Source: Pocillopora damicornis (taxonomy: Eukaryota). From it: a DNA stretch of 64,000 nt. The notes beneath the pieces are model-generated. The model searched no databases and was not told where the DNA came from. It saw nothing but the letters and a program-made list of their open reading frames with translations. The translations under genes and the position numbers were made by a program. Positions 39,628 to 54,723 of the stretch are shown in pieces. Within the stretch, counting starts at the first letter, position 1. Each line of letters begins with the position of its first letter. The DNA is taken from positions 310,001 through 374,000 of the forward strand of contig NW_020844534.1 of assembly GCF_003704095.1 (NCBI RefSeq). The letters are read 5' to 3'.

Positions 39628-42600
39628 TTAAATGAATTGGAAACAAGACAGAACTTCACGGATGACATCTTTTAATGTGTAAAGGATAGTATAGTTTCGA
39701 TACGTCTTAACCACGTCATCAGTAATCGTCAGGCTCTGGTGATAAGAATAAATATGGAAGAGGGCTTTTAGATTTCTTCGTTGCAAACCAGAGGGAAAGA
39801 AAAAAAATTGTAGTCAGATTTCATTTTACCAAGCAAGTTTTGCGTAGGATTTCATCCATATAAACAAGATCTACGTTTGATTTGATTCGGTTTATAACAG
39901 ATTTAATTTTGCTGAACAAGGTCCACTCGAAATTGGCGTTTCTTAAAATTTTTTACACAAGTTTTCTTTTCATTAAACGATATTTCCAAAGATTTTGTTT
40001 TGATATTCTAAGCAAATCGATCTAAGTGAGATGGCATTTACAAGATCGCCTTATGATTTCATTTGACACTCCAAACGATTTTTAAAAGATTTAACTTATT
40101 GGACAAAATCCACTCCAAATTTCATGTTGTGACTTGCGTAAAATTTCATTTTGATGTTCCAAACATGCCGATCGACATGATGTTTGATGGTTTTAAACAA
40201 GATCTAAATAGAGTTTCTGGATCAATGCGAGTATCTGAGCAACTGCACACCTACCATTCCTCTAACCAAAAATTAGCCCTAGCTTTTTACTGGTTGACTG
40301 TTGACGCGATCTACGTGAAATTTGTTTATGTTAAGAGCGAACTATGGTATTATTATAGCTCACAAAATAATCTCAGTCAACAAACCTGCACTCAATCAAA
40401 ACTTTCTGACAAGTTCTAAAGGGTTCCCACGGTAATACGGCAGAGCCCAGTAGGGAGTTTAAGATGTCACGACGGACGCTTAACAATACTGAACAAATAA
40501 ACTTTCTATCTTTTAGGCATTTCGCGCGTATTTCGACCACCTTCTCCCCTGAATAAGGGGTTAATTTCGAAAAGAAACGTGAATAATTTCGGAGGCTAGG
40601 TTCTCGTTCTCAGACAACGCAAAAATTTTCATGAATCCACGTTGTTTTGCTTCGGATGGCCAGGAAATGTACAAAGTTTGAAAACGCACGTGTAGAGCTA
40701 TTGTTCTACGGACAGAACCTTTGTTTCGCCACGTTTCGGTTGCCATCACCATCGTGTTTTCCTCAAAGTCCCTAATCTTACAATGACATGGAGTCTTTGA
40801 ATTTATATAAGTGTTCACGGTTCCGAGTGTATAGGGCATATACATTTAGTTTTGCAAGACGATTTAGTTTTTTAAGAAGATACACCACATACCACACGTT
40901 TATCATTGACGAGGGCTTGTAGAAATACTCTAGTATATTCGTCCAGTTCTGCCTCTGTCTTTTGATCAGGAGGGAGCAAAGGCAATCCCGAAACCTAAAG
41001 TAAGGAAAAACAAAACAAAACAATCATGTTACCAACGATAATCAATGAATATTGGGATATGAACGGAACTCTACAATTATTAAGTTCATCGTATTCTTAC
41101 GTTATGATATATGGCCATGTAGGTATTGTTTAGCCACCAGCTTGTATCCTTGAGGTCCTTTGCTAACCGATAGTGCTGATTTCCTTTTGTTTCTTCATAC
41201 GTGTATGCCATCGTGAGTGGGAGGACGAAGCCGGACAACTTTTCGTACGCTGTAAAGAGGTTGCGTTCTCTTGTCTACAGTGCGAAAAAGTATGCCAAAG
41301 TTTTTTTTTTAATGTTTTATACTGATTAAGGAGTTACCAACATTTTTACTGATCATTATATAAGATAAAAGGCATGAGATCTTTCCGCAAGATTTTGAAG
41401 TTACGTGAATGCTTCTCTTCAAGCAATGCACGCGTTAAGAAAATCCTCATGTCTACTAGTTTTTACTTACGATGTTCATACTAAATATAAAAAACTACAG
41501 ACGTATGGCGTGAATTCAGTTGAATGTAAGCCTTTGGAGTATTCACGTGCTCAAAAAATTTATCGTTAAGGGTGAACATTTTGGCGCTCTCCTTGTGAGT
41601 GATGCCAATAAAAATACTATTGAGTTTGAACTTCACATCACGCGACACGGAAACGTGGTTGTCAGTTGTACTTTGGACACCTCTAAGAGTGAATTGTGAC
41701 TTTTTTTCCGTCCATTTCCTTTCCCTCAAAAGTCGTTTTTGGACTTTTTAGTCGGCCTAATTGCATCCTCTGAATGAGAGGCAATTGATTTAAATTCAAA
41801 CACGAGTATTTTCATTATCGTATATTATCACTTACTTTGACAGTGTTAAAGTTGCTTTTGTTTGGTCTGTGAATGTAGGAGCGTCAGTCAAAGCTCATTA
41901 TCAACGTTATAAAACTATTCTCCAAACAATTTTTAAGCTTTTGCGAGAAAACCACCCGCTTCGCTCGTGGTTTCAGTTGAATTTTGAACAGTTTATGACG
42001 TAAATTGTACTGTCAGGAAGATCACAGACTCCATAAAGATGGTAAAAGATTGCAAAACCTGTCTCATGATCTGCGCGCGCTTGGGCTGAAGACGTAAGCG
42101 ACGATAAGCCAAGTGCATTAAAGCAAGACGAAGCACGCACGCCTCTAAATGCACATACTTCAAATTTGATCCGACCAATCAAAAAGCGCGAATTACACAG
42201 CATGTTAAAATTCTTTTTATTTCCCTTGACGGCCTGTGTTGGAGAGCCATCGATACTCACCTTATTGCCAGAGCATAACGGTGTGATTTTTTGTCCTATA
42301 TAAAATTCCGGCTCTTTAAGATCCCAGTTGTTTCTTATCCAAGGGTAGAGGTTTAACATCTAAGAAATATTTGGAGGAGAAAGAATGTCAGTTTTCAAAG
42401 ATCAGGCAACTCAACTTAATCACAGAATTATTCCAATTGGAAAAACGTATTTTCCTCAGTCTTTTTTTTCCCTTTTCTCTTTATCTATGTATTTCGTTTC
42501 TCACCTGTTTAGTAGCGTTGATTCGGTTTGGCTGCAGGAGAGCTTTAACAATCACATTTATACTACTCAAGTGTGTCGTAGAAGCAACTGAACCTAATAC

Positions 42601-42639
42601 TGTTATAATCATGGCACCGAGCAGGACATTGTAGGTCAT
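39628..42639 (-). CDS. Secreted helical protein paralogue B (putative four-helix cytokine-like), 205 aa
   Basis: Exons 42639-42505, 42359-42261, 41274-41101, 40994-40893, 39735-39628, all phase 0. Protein: MTYNVLLGAMIITVLGSVASTTHLSSINVIVKALLQPNRINATKQ|MLNLYPWIRNNWDLKEPEFYIGQKITPLCSGNK|TRERNLFTAYEKLSGFVLPLTMAYTYEETKGNQHYRLAKDLKDTSWWLNNTYMAIYHN|VSGLPLLPPDQKTEAELDEYTRVFLQALVNDKRV|SLTITDDVVKTYRNYTILYTLKDVIREVLSCFQFI*. A possible upstream exon ends ATG G|gtaag at 42941-42938. Confidence 0.88.
40451..40774. mobile_element. Second MITE family, in the last intron of paralogue B
   Basis: Imperfect terminal inverted repeats TAGGGAGTTTAAG ... CTCAAAGTCCCTA; ~320 bp, non-coding. Confidence 0.6.
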
Positions 42640-43258
42640 TTCTAGACGAGTAGAGAGAAGAAAACGTACATTTATATTATTTTATTTGACTTTCGTAACT
42701 GTTTTTCGTCGTTACGGGAGTACTGAAGGAATTAATTAAAGCTTATCGAGATTGCGCGGGCGAGAGTTGATACCGAGTGGATTACAAGCGATAAAATGAT
42801 TTTCAAAAGCTTCCGTTTTAAGATGTTGACAAAAATGTTTTACGGAACCTAGCGATTCTTTTTTACGTACTTTTTCTAATAATAATTTTCGTTGCCTTCC
42901 CGTCTAATTCCAAATCAAAGTTGTAGTCATAGCTTACCCATCCCTTTGAGGTTCGTTGCTGCAGGAGAATCGCGTTGAATTAAGTTCTGTCCTTATTACA
43001 TTTACTTAACTCCCATATGACAATCGATTGGACCTTGATGGACAGTCGTTTATACAAAAGCGAATAAGAAACCGTGCCACTGTTTACCATCACTTTTTCG
43101 ATTAAGGATTCACAACAAGAGGATTTCCGTCACGCTACTCTCTTGTGCTCTTTGGAAGTCCTCTGTACTTTAGGTGTCACGCGGATTTTTATCATCAATG
43201 AGCAGCAGCACTCGCTATATTTACGCATATAAAAGGAAAACAACAAGGTTCAAAGGCA

Positions 43259-43261
<3 letters not shown>

Positions 43262-43296
<35 letters not shown>
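43262..43296. repeat. Poly-T tract (35 nt)
   Basis: Homopolymer run upstream of paralogue B. Confidence 0.95.
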
Positions 43297-43302
<6 letters not shown>

Positions 43303-46300
43303 ACCGGCCAAAAGTTCAGCTTGTTTCGTTCTTCACTTTGGAAAATTTACCCAAACTAGGAAGTCAAAAACCTCAAAACCAACTTTTTTTTAAGTTGCAA
43401 TGCATTTCAAACCAATGTATCTATTTTTTGACACTTATCGACAGTTTTGTTACAATTTGAAGGGGAGGGGTCATAAAGTTTATCATAATCTATATGTTTA
43501 TATTTTTGCAATGACGCGTTTATATTACAGACGTGACGCTTAATCCCATGACACTGTTATTATGAATTTTTTCACATTTCTAGTTAATTCTTCGAGTGCT
43601 CTTTGTTCTTTTTACCGAGGAAGCAACGAAATGTGAGGTAAATTAAATATAATCAAGCAAAAATTATAAGAACAAAGCATAATGATCTCTGGAAACAGTC
43701 AGTTTTTCTGTAATTTCACTTTGTCAATTTATGAATTGAGGAGCTTGTTCACGTTCCAGGATTGTCACGCTCTCATATTAAGTCACTTTGGGGGAGCTAA
43801 GTGCTCGTTTTCCACAGTATGAGGCAAAAAGGAATTTCGGGAGGTAAAATCATATAAGCAAGAGCTTGTATCATCCTGTAGACCTCTAAACTGCCGATTA
43901 ACTTGCTTCCCGAGTTCAAAAGAAAACAGAACGAAATATGTAAACATCGTATTACGATTTTCACGTGCAACCAGGTCAACGTTCATCGGTATGACAGTTG
44001 ACCCATTGACTGTTAGACTGTCTGGTTATTAACTGATGGAAAAGCAATTAAACATCCATTTAATAAACAATTTCTTGTCATCAATCAAAAGTGTACCTTT
44101 CTTTCTTTTGGTTTTGCTAATTTTAGTTGATAAAAGTGTCCATAATGGCCATCGTGATTTATTCTGGGTTCTGGACTTGGTCTGGTGAACAAGTTTTGTA
44201 AGCAAAAAAGCGATAAACACGTGCGAGAAAAACAAATATTTATAAAAATAATATTTCATGGGACGTAAGATGCATTCCTCGAATTTTTATTGATAGACCG
44301 TGGTAAATAAATGAAAACAAAAACTCCCTTAACATCACATGAGTACATGTGGGAAAGTTGTTAGGTATGTCCTATGATGTTCACGCGTTTTCTTGCAAAA
44401 ATTGGTTGCCGTACAAACTGCACGCAAGCATTCGAATAGAAAAGGTGCAAGTAAATTTATGTCGATGAGATGGGACCATCGTAGATGTGGTTAATACTTA
44501 AGGAAATGAATAGCGTTCTTGTCGGACGACTGCTTCTTTGGAAAAGGATTTTACATTTGTTGACAAATCTCTAATTCTTATTAATTAATGATTAATGTAT
44601 TAAATATTTCTCTCCCTGAAGTTATCAACCTAGAGTTCATTATTTCTGGTTTTTTTTAATTAATTTTTTTTTTACCAATAGATATCTATGAAGAAAAGTA
44701 TATAATTTGGGCTGTTCACACTAGTCTACCAAACTTGCTCGATGGATGTTACAATTTTGTATCGGTAGAAAAGATTATTTAAAGCAAATACATAAACGGT
44801 TTCCAACGGTTACTAATCTCTGTATGGTCACTTTGCTTGAAGACTTTAACTCGGAGAAAAGTTTTTTAAACCAAACTGTCCCATTTAAATATTCAGTTTA
44901 GTATAATACAAAAGCAGTCAGAAGAGCACAGAATCAAAGAGATTCTTCGCAAAAATTTGGAGGCCTTTACTTCCTTTTGACATTCGTTTTGAACAGCCTT
45001 TTTCATTCAGTATCAGTACTGGCGAACGCGAGCGAGCTACATTCAACTTTCCTATGAAAACAACAGGTATACTAAACATCTAGGTATACGCCCAGTGGTC
45101 AAAGGGCAAGGAAGAATTGATGTTGAATGTCTGGGGTCGTTTCCTCTCTTAGCACAAAATAAAGAAAAGTAAACTGCAGTTGACTAATCCATATATTATG
45201 ATAAGTTTAGTAGCATGTTTCAGTTTTAGCACCCTGTGAAACTGGCTCTTTTGAAGCTTGCATCATAACTATTCGATTTCACGTCACGCATTTTTACCAG
45301 TGAAGGTCAAGAGAACAAATTGTTCTCTGTGATTTTTCTCACGGCTATTAGCTTTTGGTAGAAGCTCACAAGATGTTGGCCGACCTTGATTTATGTACGG
45401 CCGAAATATGATCGATCACAAGATCCACACGAGAAAAACATATTTCTTTTAACCGGCATTTGAACAGGGAAGAAATTTAGTTTCAAAACATCTGTCTTTC
45501 TGAAAATTTTCACAGTATTAGTGTAACCTCTTACCCATAAGTATAGCCCCTTTTCACGAATTACTTAAACATATATGTTAATGGAAAAAAAACACCAATG
45601 AATAACTAGTGACCATTTCCTTATCATAGAGATATGCTCATATATGAAAACAGAAGCGCACTTAGTACGCAACCAAAATGCTTGATACAAATCTACGGCT
45701 AAAGTTCATGGGTATAAAGCACAGTTAGCAAGCGTTCTTTCATCGACGCCCATATAGGAATTGTATACTTTGCGGCGAGTACTCTTGGCTATGATTCTTC
45801 GAAGAGCCTTTTGCAAGCTTTGTTGTGTTTTGTTTCATTTTGTGACTTATTAAAAATTTGATAAATTGAAAAGAAGGTCGGTTTTCCAGCCCTTGTTTTA
45901 TCCATAGTTTGATTTGCAAAATAATGAAGTGTGGTCGAACCGCTAGTTAGGGAGCGTCACTTTCAAGTACAAAGACTTTACGGTTTGCTTATATATCAGA
46001 ATTCTGTTTCCGGAAGTCTCCTATAGAAAAATCGTCTCTTATTTGAAGAAGACAAAACAGGGACTCAATGGTGGTAAACCAGCTAAGTTCGTTTTCTTGC
46101 TCTGGAAACAAACATCAAATCGTGTTCTGCTTCTTTGACAGTTCTAGAGTGGTCCGTTTACAACCGATCTTCAAACCAGGAAATCATTTGCCAATGGCTT
46201 AACTTTATGAAACTTGACATTTGAGGGATAATTTATCGACGTATTAGGCCACCAAACGCCTGAAGGTATTCTTCCTTTAACATGAGGAATTTTGTCATCG

Positions 46301-47408
46301 ATTATCATATAAACGACGTCTAATGAGTCTTGAAATATTAGTGGTCATTTATAGCAACTGTGATCTATTTCTGTTGTGACCCCTTTTAATCTCTAAATCT
46401 GCTAATGGCCTCACTCTTAGCAAAACATTAGTCGGTGAAAGATCAGTTTCAATCATGGCGTGACACAACTTATCACCACGGGAGATACCGAATATACAAG
46501 GATTAAGCACAGCTACGAGAATTACTGTATCAATTGCACTAAGTCGAATTAACATGATGTCGCATTAGACTAGCTGTGATATTGCTTCTTGAGCCCAGTG
46601 TGTTATTTGAACGTTATTAGCTTGGTCTCGTGGTGCCGATAAATAGAAATGTTATTCGATAACTGACACCTGACCTAAGGCGCATCGAGACTTTAAAAAA
46701 ATCTCTTCATGTTGTTGAAACCTTACAATCTCATTAGACGTAAGACTTCTGACGAGAATACTGATTTACCACGAAGTTATGGTAATTACAAAATTCACAA
46801 GAGGTTTTCTTTAGAGAGAAACATGTTTTTTTTATTGTAAACCTGTCCATCAACACTACAGTTAATCGTAGATAAACTCTTAGAAAGGCTTTAAACGCTT
46901 TCAATTTTAAGAGGAGAGCACGCGAGTGGAAATTTTTTTTAAGGATAATTCTTTTTCAACTTACAGTATACGCAATATTTCAAGTGATTTTTTTTTTTTT
47001 TTTGCGATCTACATAACCCCGACTTGTCAAAGTAACTTTAAAATAGCTGTTTGTGATAGGGTAGAGAGACCAAAGGCCAAAGACCAATTAGGGGCATTGA
47101 TTATTTAGATGTGAAAAAAATTGGGGAAGGATTTTTTTAGATTAGCAAAACGGATTAAAAAGAACGAAATTCAATGCCCTGAAAAAAATATTTTTCGATG
47201 CTCCAACCACGCCGGTAATTCCAAAACATCGTATGCGCCAATTACGACTAACGCAGCAAGAAGTTCATATTTGTAAGTTTATTTGGCCAATCAGCCTCAA
47301 GCATTGACCGCGCCCAACAGTTGCCTTTAGGCGAAAAGATAAATATGTGTGTAAAATCAGAAAAGTTATCAGCCAAAAAGGAAAAAAAGATGAGATACTT
47401 AAATCAAG

Positions 47409-47463
47409 TGTATGTATATATGTATGTATATATATACACACACACACATATATATATATATAT
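47409..47463. repeat. Compound (TA)/(TATG)/(CA) microsatellite
   Basis: Directly visible in the sequence. Confidence 0.9.
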
Positions 47464-50400
47464 GATAATTTGAGTAATACTACTCTAATCATTAAATTGT
47501 TTCGTTGGAATGGGCTATAGAATTACACTAATTCACTTTAAGCACTAAAATGAGCTTGTTGGGTTTCGAAATTCCCTGTGAAACTAAAAAATTTTATGTT
47601 CAAAGTCTGAAGGACTTGTTTGTAATACTTATGACTGTGTACTGTACTGACTAGGAGTGTTAAATTAACACTTCTTCTTCCATGGATGCCCACTAACCGA
47701 ACAACTCTGGAAATAGACTCACCTGAATTACGTTTTTTGAAACCGGTATTGAGAATGACAACCATGGAACTGAAAAAGAGTCCGCTTTGATGTGTTTTCC
47801 TTTCGACGTAAACAGAAACTAAACAGAAACTAACTTTCAAAAATATGACAGTGAACTTAGGAGTTGTTAGATGGAGACGTAATTCCATGAAAGTTGAAGT
47901 AAACTGCTCTCTACAAACCAAAAAGAGGAAAAATATATAGGCTGACCTTGAAGATTTATTGAACTCGTACACATTGACTATAGGACGCTTCTTATAAAAA
48001 TATGGACTACGGACTATGGACTGCTGACGACTAGTGTGTTCGTCACATCTGGTTGGCTCGCCCGATTCATAATTATGTAAATCTATTATCCCCCAACATG
48101 GACTGGCTCTCATTGCGCCACTCAGCATTCAGTTCAATCGTCTAATTTTGTTTTTCGTGCAGAAAACCTTAAATTCATGGGTTTTCTCTCAATTTGAATA
48201 AAAGGAAGGAAAGCAATTATCAAACGGCCCTTTATTACCCTCGTGGCGCTCGTGCAAATTATTAAGACGTTTCCTGTTTTCCTGTATTCCTGTCCATAAT
48301 TAGAAAAGGAAGTTTTGCATTTTTTTTTCAAATACGGAGAGATAAATTTGCTGCGTAAAAGCAAACGGGAAATAAAATACGAACCGAGAAGTAATGGACA
48401 TTTTTCAGAAAGCATGAATTAACTAGCTGGAAAGCCAATCCAAAGAGAGGAAACGAAAATAAATAAAATCTGCCAGTTTGTCATCACAAACTCATTGATT
48501 GCAGCATAGATTTCGGTTATTTTTGAGTGTTAAGTTAGGATTTCGTCGACAGCACAGTGAGAAGCTTTATGGGGGATCTCTGAATATATTATCAAGCCAG
48601 TAACGTGAGAACGAAGTATGATGATAGAATCTGAATTGCTGTTAAATTGGACTATTGGAAAAGGAAATTAGCACGTTGTGGTCCCTTTTTTGATATCTCA
48701 GCTCGGAAAAGCCCGCACATGTATAAACTATCTCAAAGCTGGTGTGCACTCCTTATGTGGTACCTCTGTAATAGAGGAGTCGCTGCTGTTTTCTAAATTC
48801 TCATGGGATCTCATGCCTTGTCGTGCAATGTCATAGAAAATAATAATTCTAACAACGAGACTTACCGCGAAGTTGAAGAATGATCGAAATTTTACCACAT
48901 GACAGCGGAATCCGAATGAATCAGCGGTTGAGCACAACAACTATTTCCTTAGCCCTTCTTTCTTGGTACTGATAATTCTTGGTAAGGTAAGTTATTGTAG
49001 CCTTTGTCTCAAGCGTATTCTTTGACAACTAAACACCCATTGAATGTTCTAAGAATGACTCGCACAAGCGCCGCGCTTTTCATGTGATTTCCTAGAAATC
49101 TAACTGCACGTGATGGAATCTCCATAAAACTTTAACTTGCAGGCAAGTCCCGCTTATTGTCCAATCAATTTGGATAATCGCCGACTTCATCTTCTTGGTC
49201 GCATGTTAACGGAACTCTGTTCCTTTTTGAACAAAGATCGTGTCTGTATGTGGCTGAAATCATAATTCTTGAAGCTTTTTGTTCCCTTTTTCTTCTCGAT
49301 TTGAAGTCACCTCGTTCCCCCACCCACGAGAAGAAGCGGCATATCATGATCTAACGAAGGTTATCCTTTCACCTCGTATTTCCCCTTTCAAAACCCATCA
49401 TGTCTACAATTTCGCATCTCAATCTGCCAAAAAAACTCTAGAACTTACTAAGTTCTAGAAACGAAATCACACTATTTGTCGAATTTATTACACAAATTGA
49501 TGGAAAGGTATAATTTCGCTTCCTTTTACATGCTCAAGGCGTAGATGAACATGAAATCAAATCGACAAGAAACCTCAACATCCTCGGAATCAACATGCAC
49601 ATGAAGTTTTCTCTCGGTGATTCATCGACAAATCTGATCTTTGTTAAAAAGCAAGGCAAAAATAATGAGTGCTTTTGCGACTTGGGAATATGATCCGTCG
49701 TGCAGCCAAAGTAGAACTATATTTACCTATAGCCAGTGCTTTCTCACATGACGCACTGCTCGGCTGTTGGCGTTCAGTTGCAAAGCAAATAAGCACAACA
49801 ATTGAATAGTTTCCCGAAAATATATGTACTCGGAGATAATTTTTTCTCTTTTAACCAGTGCGTTTTCAAAAGACACAAGTTTTCTCTCCACCTTAATAGA
49901 ATTCTAGGTAACTTTTCATGCAATTGAAATAAACGAAGGACATTGCATCGCTTTCTTTTTGCGATCCCGATGAGGGCTTTCTCTGCGACAGAATGGACGC
50001 GGGAGTCCTCATTTTCGATAATCACTCCTTAGAAACTTGGAAGTTTACATTACACTTCAAGCACGCCATTAGATACTTTCAAAGTGTTATCAACAAGATA
50101 AGACATAGTGGTCTTTTTATCCTGTTATGAAACTTAAAAAAAGAAACGCTGTTTTCATGTCTTCAACCGATGTAACTATATGGTAGTCGATCTGAGCACG
50201 TATTTTGGAATTAATTTGGAGTTTATTTTTATATTCTAGTTAATGTAATATCTTATATTTTAGTAATTTTCATATCCAAGAGTAATTGGCAAATTTCTTT
50301 TATATTTTCTCAGAAGTGCGCGCCTCTTATTATGCACACGCCATTTTGTACTTTCTTCAATCATTGTTTGTAATCGGAGTATACCATGAATAAGCTTTGA

Positions 50401-53400
50401 CTCAAACTTTTAAATGCCGAAGTCCAAGATAAGTTTGGTAGAAAAAAAGGTTGATGAGTCATCAAAAATTATTTTGGATCATTTCTGAATTCTATAACCA
50501 TACTTTATGTTTTTAAGAAGCATAAGTTTCCTTCAGGCAGAATATAAGAAATCAGCTCCAACTCAAATTTTTGGAGACCTAGATTCTTGACTTAATTTTA
50601 GATTTTTTATTGGGGAGAGATTTAGTATTGACGCTTCTAGTTTTAGTTTGCTATTTTTGTCATTCCAGATCCTTAATGTGGCTTTACGCAATAGACAGGT
50701 GGACTAATGAGAGACCGGACTTTATTCCCTCACGTACTCTTGGAAGACATCGGATCTTATTTCATGAGATATATCTCAGTTTTAGTAAGAATATACCGTC
50801 TTTCAGTGAAAAATTTCTCTTTAAAGAATTTTTTTAGAACCTCTACTCTACAGATATTTGATGAAATAAGTGCCAACTTCGGGTGTTTTCCGGCATTCCG
50901 CCATATCCTCATTTACAGAAATCCCTTCTTTCCTGTATTTTCTTTTGAATCGGCACTTAGCCGTTTTCTTAATTGAATCAGGGGTTTTTCACTTTAAACA
51001 TTTAATTATATTGACAGTTTCCATAGCAAAGTGAATAATAAAATAGTTGGCGCAGTAGATGTAAAATATTTAGATATGTTACCGAAACCAGTACTCAACG
51101 ACGAATTTTTTATTCAGTGGACATTACTGTCCAGTATTTGGGATGTGATAAATCGTCGTGGAATGAATACAGCATAATTACTGCAATAACTCAAATTCAT
51201 GCAAGTGCCCTTATCGCATTTATTTTAGAACGAAACAGTCACTTGCTCACTTTCATGGTCCAACTTATTTAAAAACCATCTCTCAACAGTCCGAATCTGT
51301 TCGATCTTCTACTTTTCTTGAGAATGCATGATGCAAGGGGGCAAATGCCTTATGTTTTGTCATGATGCCCTTGCATTGCATGTACGGTCCAGCTAATACT
51401 TTGGCTAATGTGTATTTTTGACTCCAATAAAATCTGCTTCAGTAAAATCTTGTTTGGAACTGAAAATCTATCATCCATGTGTAAAGCAATTTTTGAATTA
51501 AATAACGGACCAGTTGATAACTGTGTCGCGAGTGTCATGGAATTTACAGTGTAGGAAACAAACAACTCTTATGCGACATGTATTTATAGAAAACCTTCCT
51601 AAGTATTTTTGAGCTATGGTCATATATTTATTCCCTTGGTTGGTCAAAAGAAGATCGTACCTTTTTACTACCCAAGGAACGCATTTATTAATGTGCAGTC
51701 ACTGCAAGTTCAAGCTAAAGGCGATATTGGCTCCGGTCCTTCGTCGGGTGTCAGGTGTGCTGTTCCATTCAACTAATGCGAGGATCTTTAACTAGGCTTG
51801 AACCAACACTTCAAAACAATTGGTCAGAAATAAGAGGAACTTGTAATTTTCGTGCGGATCTACTTAAAAAATAATAATAATGGATCACCTTAAGGGAAAC
51901 AATTGGATGAAGAATTGCTTCACCGACTAAGCAGAGAGAGAGAACAGGACGTTTTACTGTTAAGCGTTTTGAATTAATTTTCCTTGGATAATCCCGGGAG
52001 ATAAATCAAGTTGTTAGTACGTTGGTATAATAGATAATTCATTAGAATCTCGTTTATATAAGAAATATGCTCCTGCCTCCTAAATACACTCTTGGTTCCT
52101 GTTTTGCGTAACTAAAAACATGCAAAATCCCTGCGGCTAAATACGCCTTGCAATCAGAAATGTTTTTCGAAATTTCCTTAAAAAATCTTGTTGTTTTCAT
52201 GCATGTCAATCAGGCATACCTCATAATTGCAATATTCTCGACAATCTGAAATTGAAGCTGCTAGACACAAATATAGACCAAATTTTCCACAGAGCATTCC
52301 ATGCAAACCTTATCAGGGCACTCGATATCTGTTCAAAAATACTGGGCGCTTCTACAAATTATTTTGGTGTTGAAGAGGACGAATTTTGAAAAGAAATTAC
52401 TCGGCTCTCGGCCCTCGACACTTATTAGATTGTCAGGCGCACTCTTAAATAGACTGCATACCTTTATTCTGAGATACTCACAGAATTACTAAAGAGAACC
52501 TCATGCAAAGCTAATGAAAAATTTTGATGACTGTTTCGAAATGGCGGAAGACTCAAAAATTACTTTGATTTCTTTATGCGGGCGAAATCCAACTCTTGTG
52601 CACAACGTGGAAACCACTACATTGTTGAGTCGGAAACATAGCGATTTTATGGTATACCTCAGCTAGTTAAGTTCGTAAGTAAGAAAACCCACCGAAATTT
52701 TGGAACCTCTTGGCATATCTTGACAAACACCTAATACTCTAAAGAAGTTTGAAAGAACCTTTCACGTCTTTTAGTAGAAAATCAGTGAGAATGTCTTGAA
52801 ATCTGGACCTCTAGTCCATTTAACACTGTACCCGGCTGCCGGGCATTTTGTCACAAAGTTTTCCAAACAGTCTTTAAATATTACTCTATGGTCTGATGAT
52901 GAGATAAATATAGTAAATGCTACGATCCGTTCTGCTGTCTGTTTATGGGCATGTAATGGAATTATTCGATTGAACGGTTATCGTACAATTGCTTGACTCA
53001 TGTAGAATTATGCAATAGGAGAGCCAATTTTTTTATTCTTAACATTTCATGCCTTAATTTTCTTACATCTGGTTGCGTGTGAGTGATGAGAATTGTAGGC
53101 GATATGTCATTTCACAATAGCACAATAGACTGAACTCAACAATAAGGCTTGTTTTACATCAAAAGCAAGTAAACGCGTGGCGACTCAGACAATACATAGT
53201 CTGGAAGATTTTCAAACGTGAGAAAAAGTGAACAGATACCTATAACAAGATCAAATACAACTTTAAGCAATTGTATGTGTAGTAAATACCTTTTAATTCC
53301 ATACTAAAGTCTTCTTCCCATCGCTACGGTACATAACACTACTTCCTGACAGAAGAATCTGTGGCACATATACTATCATACCGTGGGAAGTCGACATGGG

Positions 53401-54723
53401 GCCCGTATCCAGTTTTTTCCTTGCAAAAACAACCAATTTCCAAGGACATGACATCGTTTTACTGGACTATGAGAAATAAAGTACATTACAAGAGATCCTA
53501 GGCGTAATTTGCGCGAAGGTGGAGGTAGCGTTAAAGTTACTACAGTGATCAAAGTACAAATTTTGTACACGTGTACATCTGGTGGCGCGTGATGTGACAA
53601 GAATGCTATCCTTACATTTTTTTTTTTTCCTTTGGTCAAACGTGCGAAATAGTCATCATTTGAACTTCTTTACTGTTTTAAAGAGTCTTTCGCTTTGTTT
53701 TGCCCGTCAGCATATTCACAACTTATTCTCAGTTCTACTAGAACTAAATACTATGCCAAGAATTCGTTAAGCCTAAGAGAAAGCTCCTCGTCTGGAAAGC
53801 AAGAGTCTCGAGAGTTGAAATAGACTGGGGTTTAAGGAGTCATTTCCAATCTCTCTCGGCTCACCTAATTTATTGGCTGTTGTATGCTGGAAGGCATACC
53901 TTTCCCGTTGATCCGTTTGAAGCACGAATAATTGTGCAAGATAAATCTTGAACATTTCTCATCGATCGGGACAAATTTGCTTGGGGTGAATTTTACCTCT
54001 CCTCCCGCGATTCGTCATAGCAATAAATTCATGTGTTGATTTGCGACCGCACCAGCGTGATCTGTTCAGGAGGACAGGAAAATCATTTTCACGAAACATA
54101 GGTTTTTTGTTTTTAATTTTAATACCTCCATAACTCCGCTATCTTCGATTTAATTCAATGAAACGGCTTATCACGTAACAATAAGGTATTTATAGAAGCT
54201 TATCATCGACTTAAATCTGTAACAGATTAACAAGAACACTGATACTGATCAGTAAGAGAAATACTTAATTCCCCTTACAAAGGGTAACTCATGCAACATC
54301 ATTAATGTTATCTGGAAACACGGAGGCGCAATTATGCGTTCAATCCCTGACGGAATAAGCATTAAAAGGTGAAACTAAGGTCACTGATTATCCAGATGTG
54401 TTATCAAGGAATTGGTATTCGAAGAAAGGTTTAATTTCAGATGGTAAAAATATCCAAATGACTCTAGACTCAAATAATCATACAAGATTTAGGGCAAACG
54501 CTGCCATTAAGAAAAAAGAGCACCTTAAGGATTTTTCAAACGTAATTTTGAGTGTTAACAACCGATAGAATTATAAGTATTTACCAGTCAAACCTCATAA
54601 ATAACTAATTACTGTAAAATATATTTCAACAATTCCGTAATTAAATAAAATTCGACGATATTCTTCATGCTCCAGTATCCTTGAAAAACGATGTTTCAAC
54701 CAGACGGTGAGTCGTCGACTATG

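Noticed and set aside
46719-46800. AACCTTACAATC matching the start of paralogue A's last exon (possible fifth, inverted copy)
   Set aside because: Only 12 nt match; there is no acceptor AG and no DDVV/YRNY/Cys motif follows.
47538-48128. 196-aa minus-strand ORF
   Set aside because: No domain, non-ATG start and no supporting splice structure; its composition is that of chance ORFs in AT-rich DNA.
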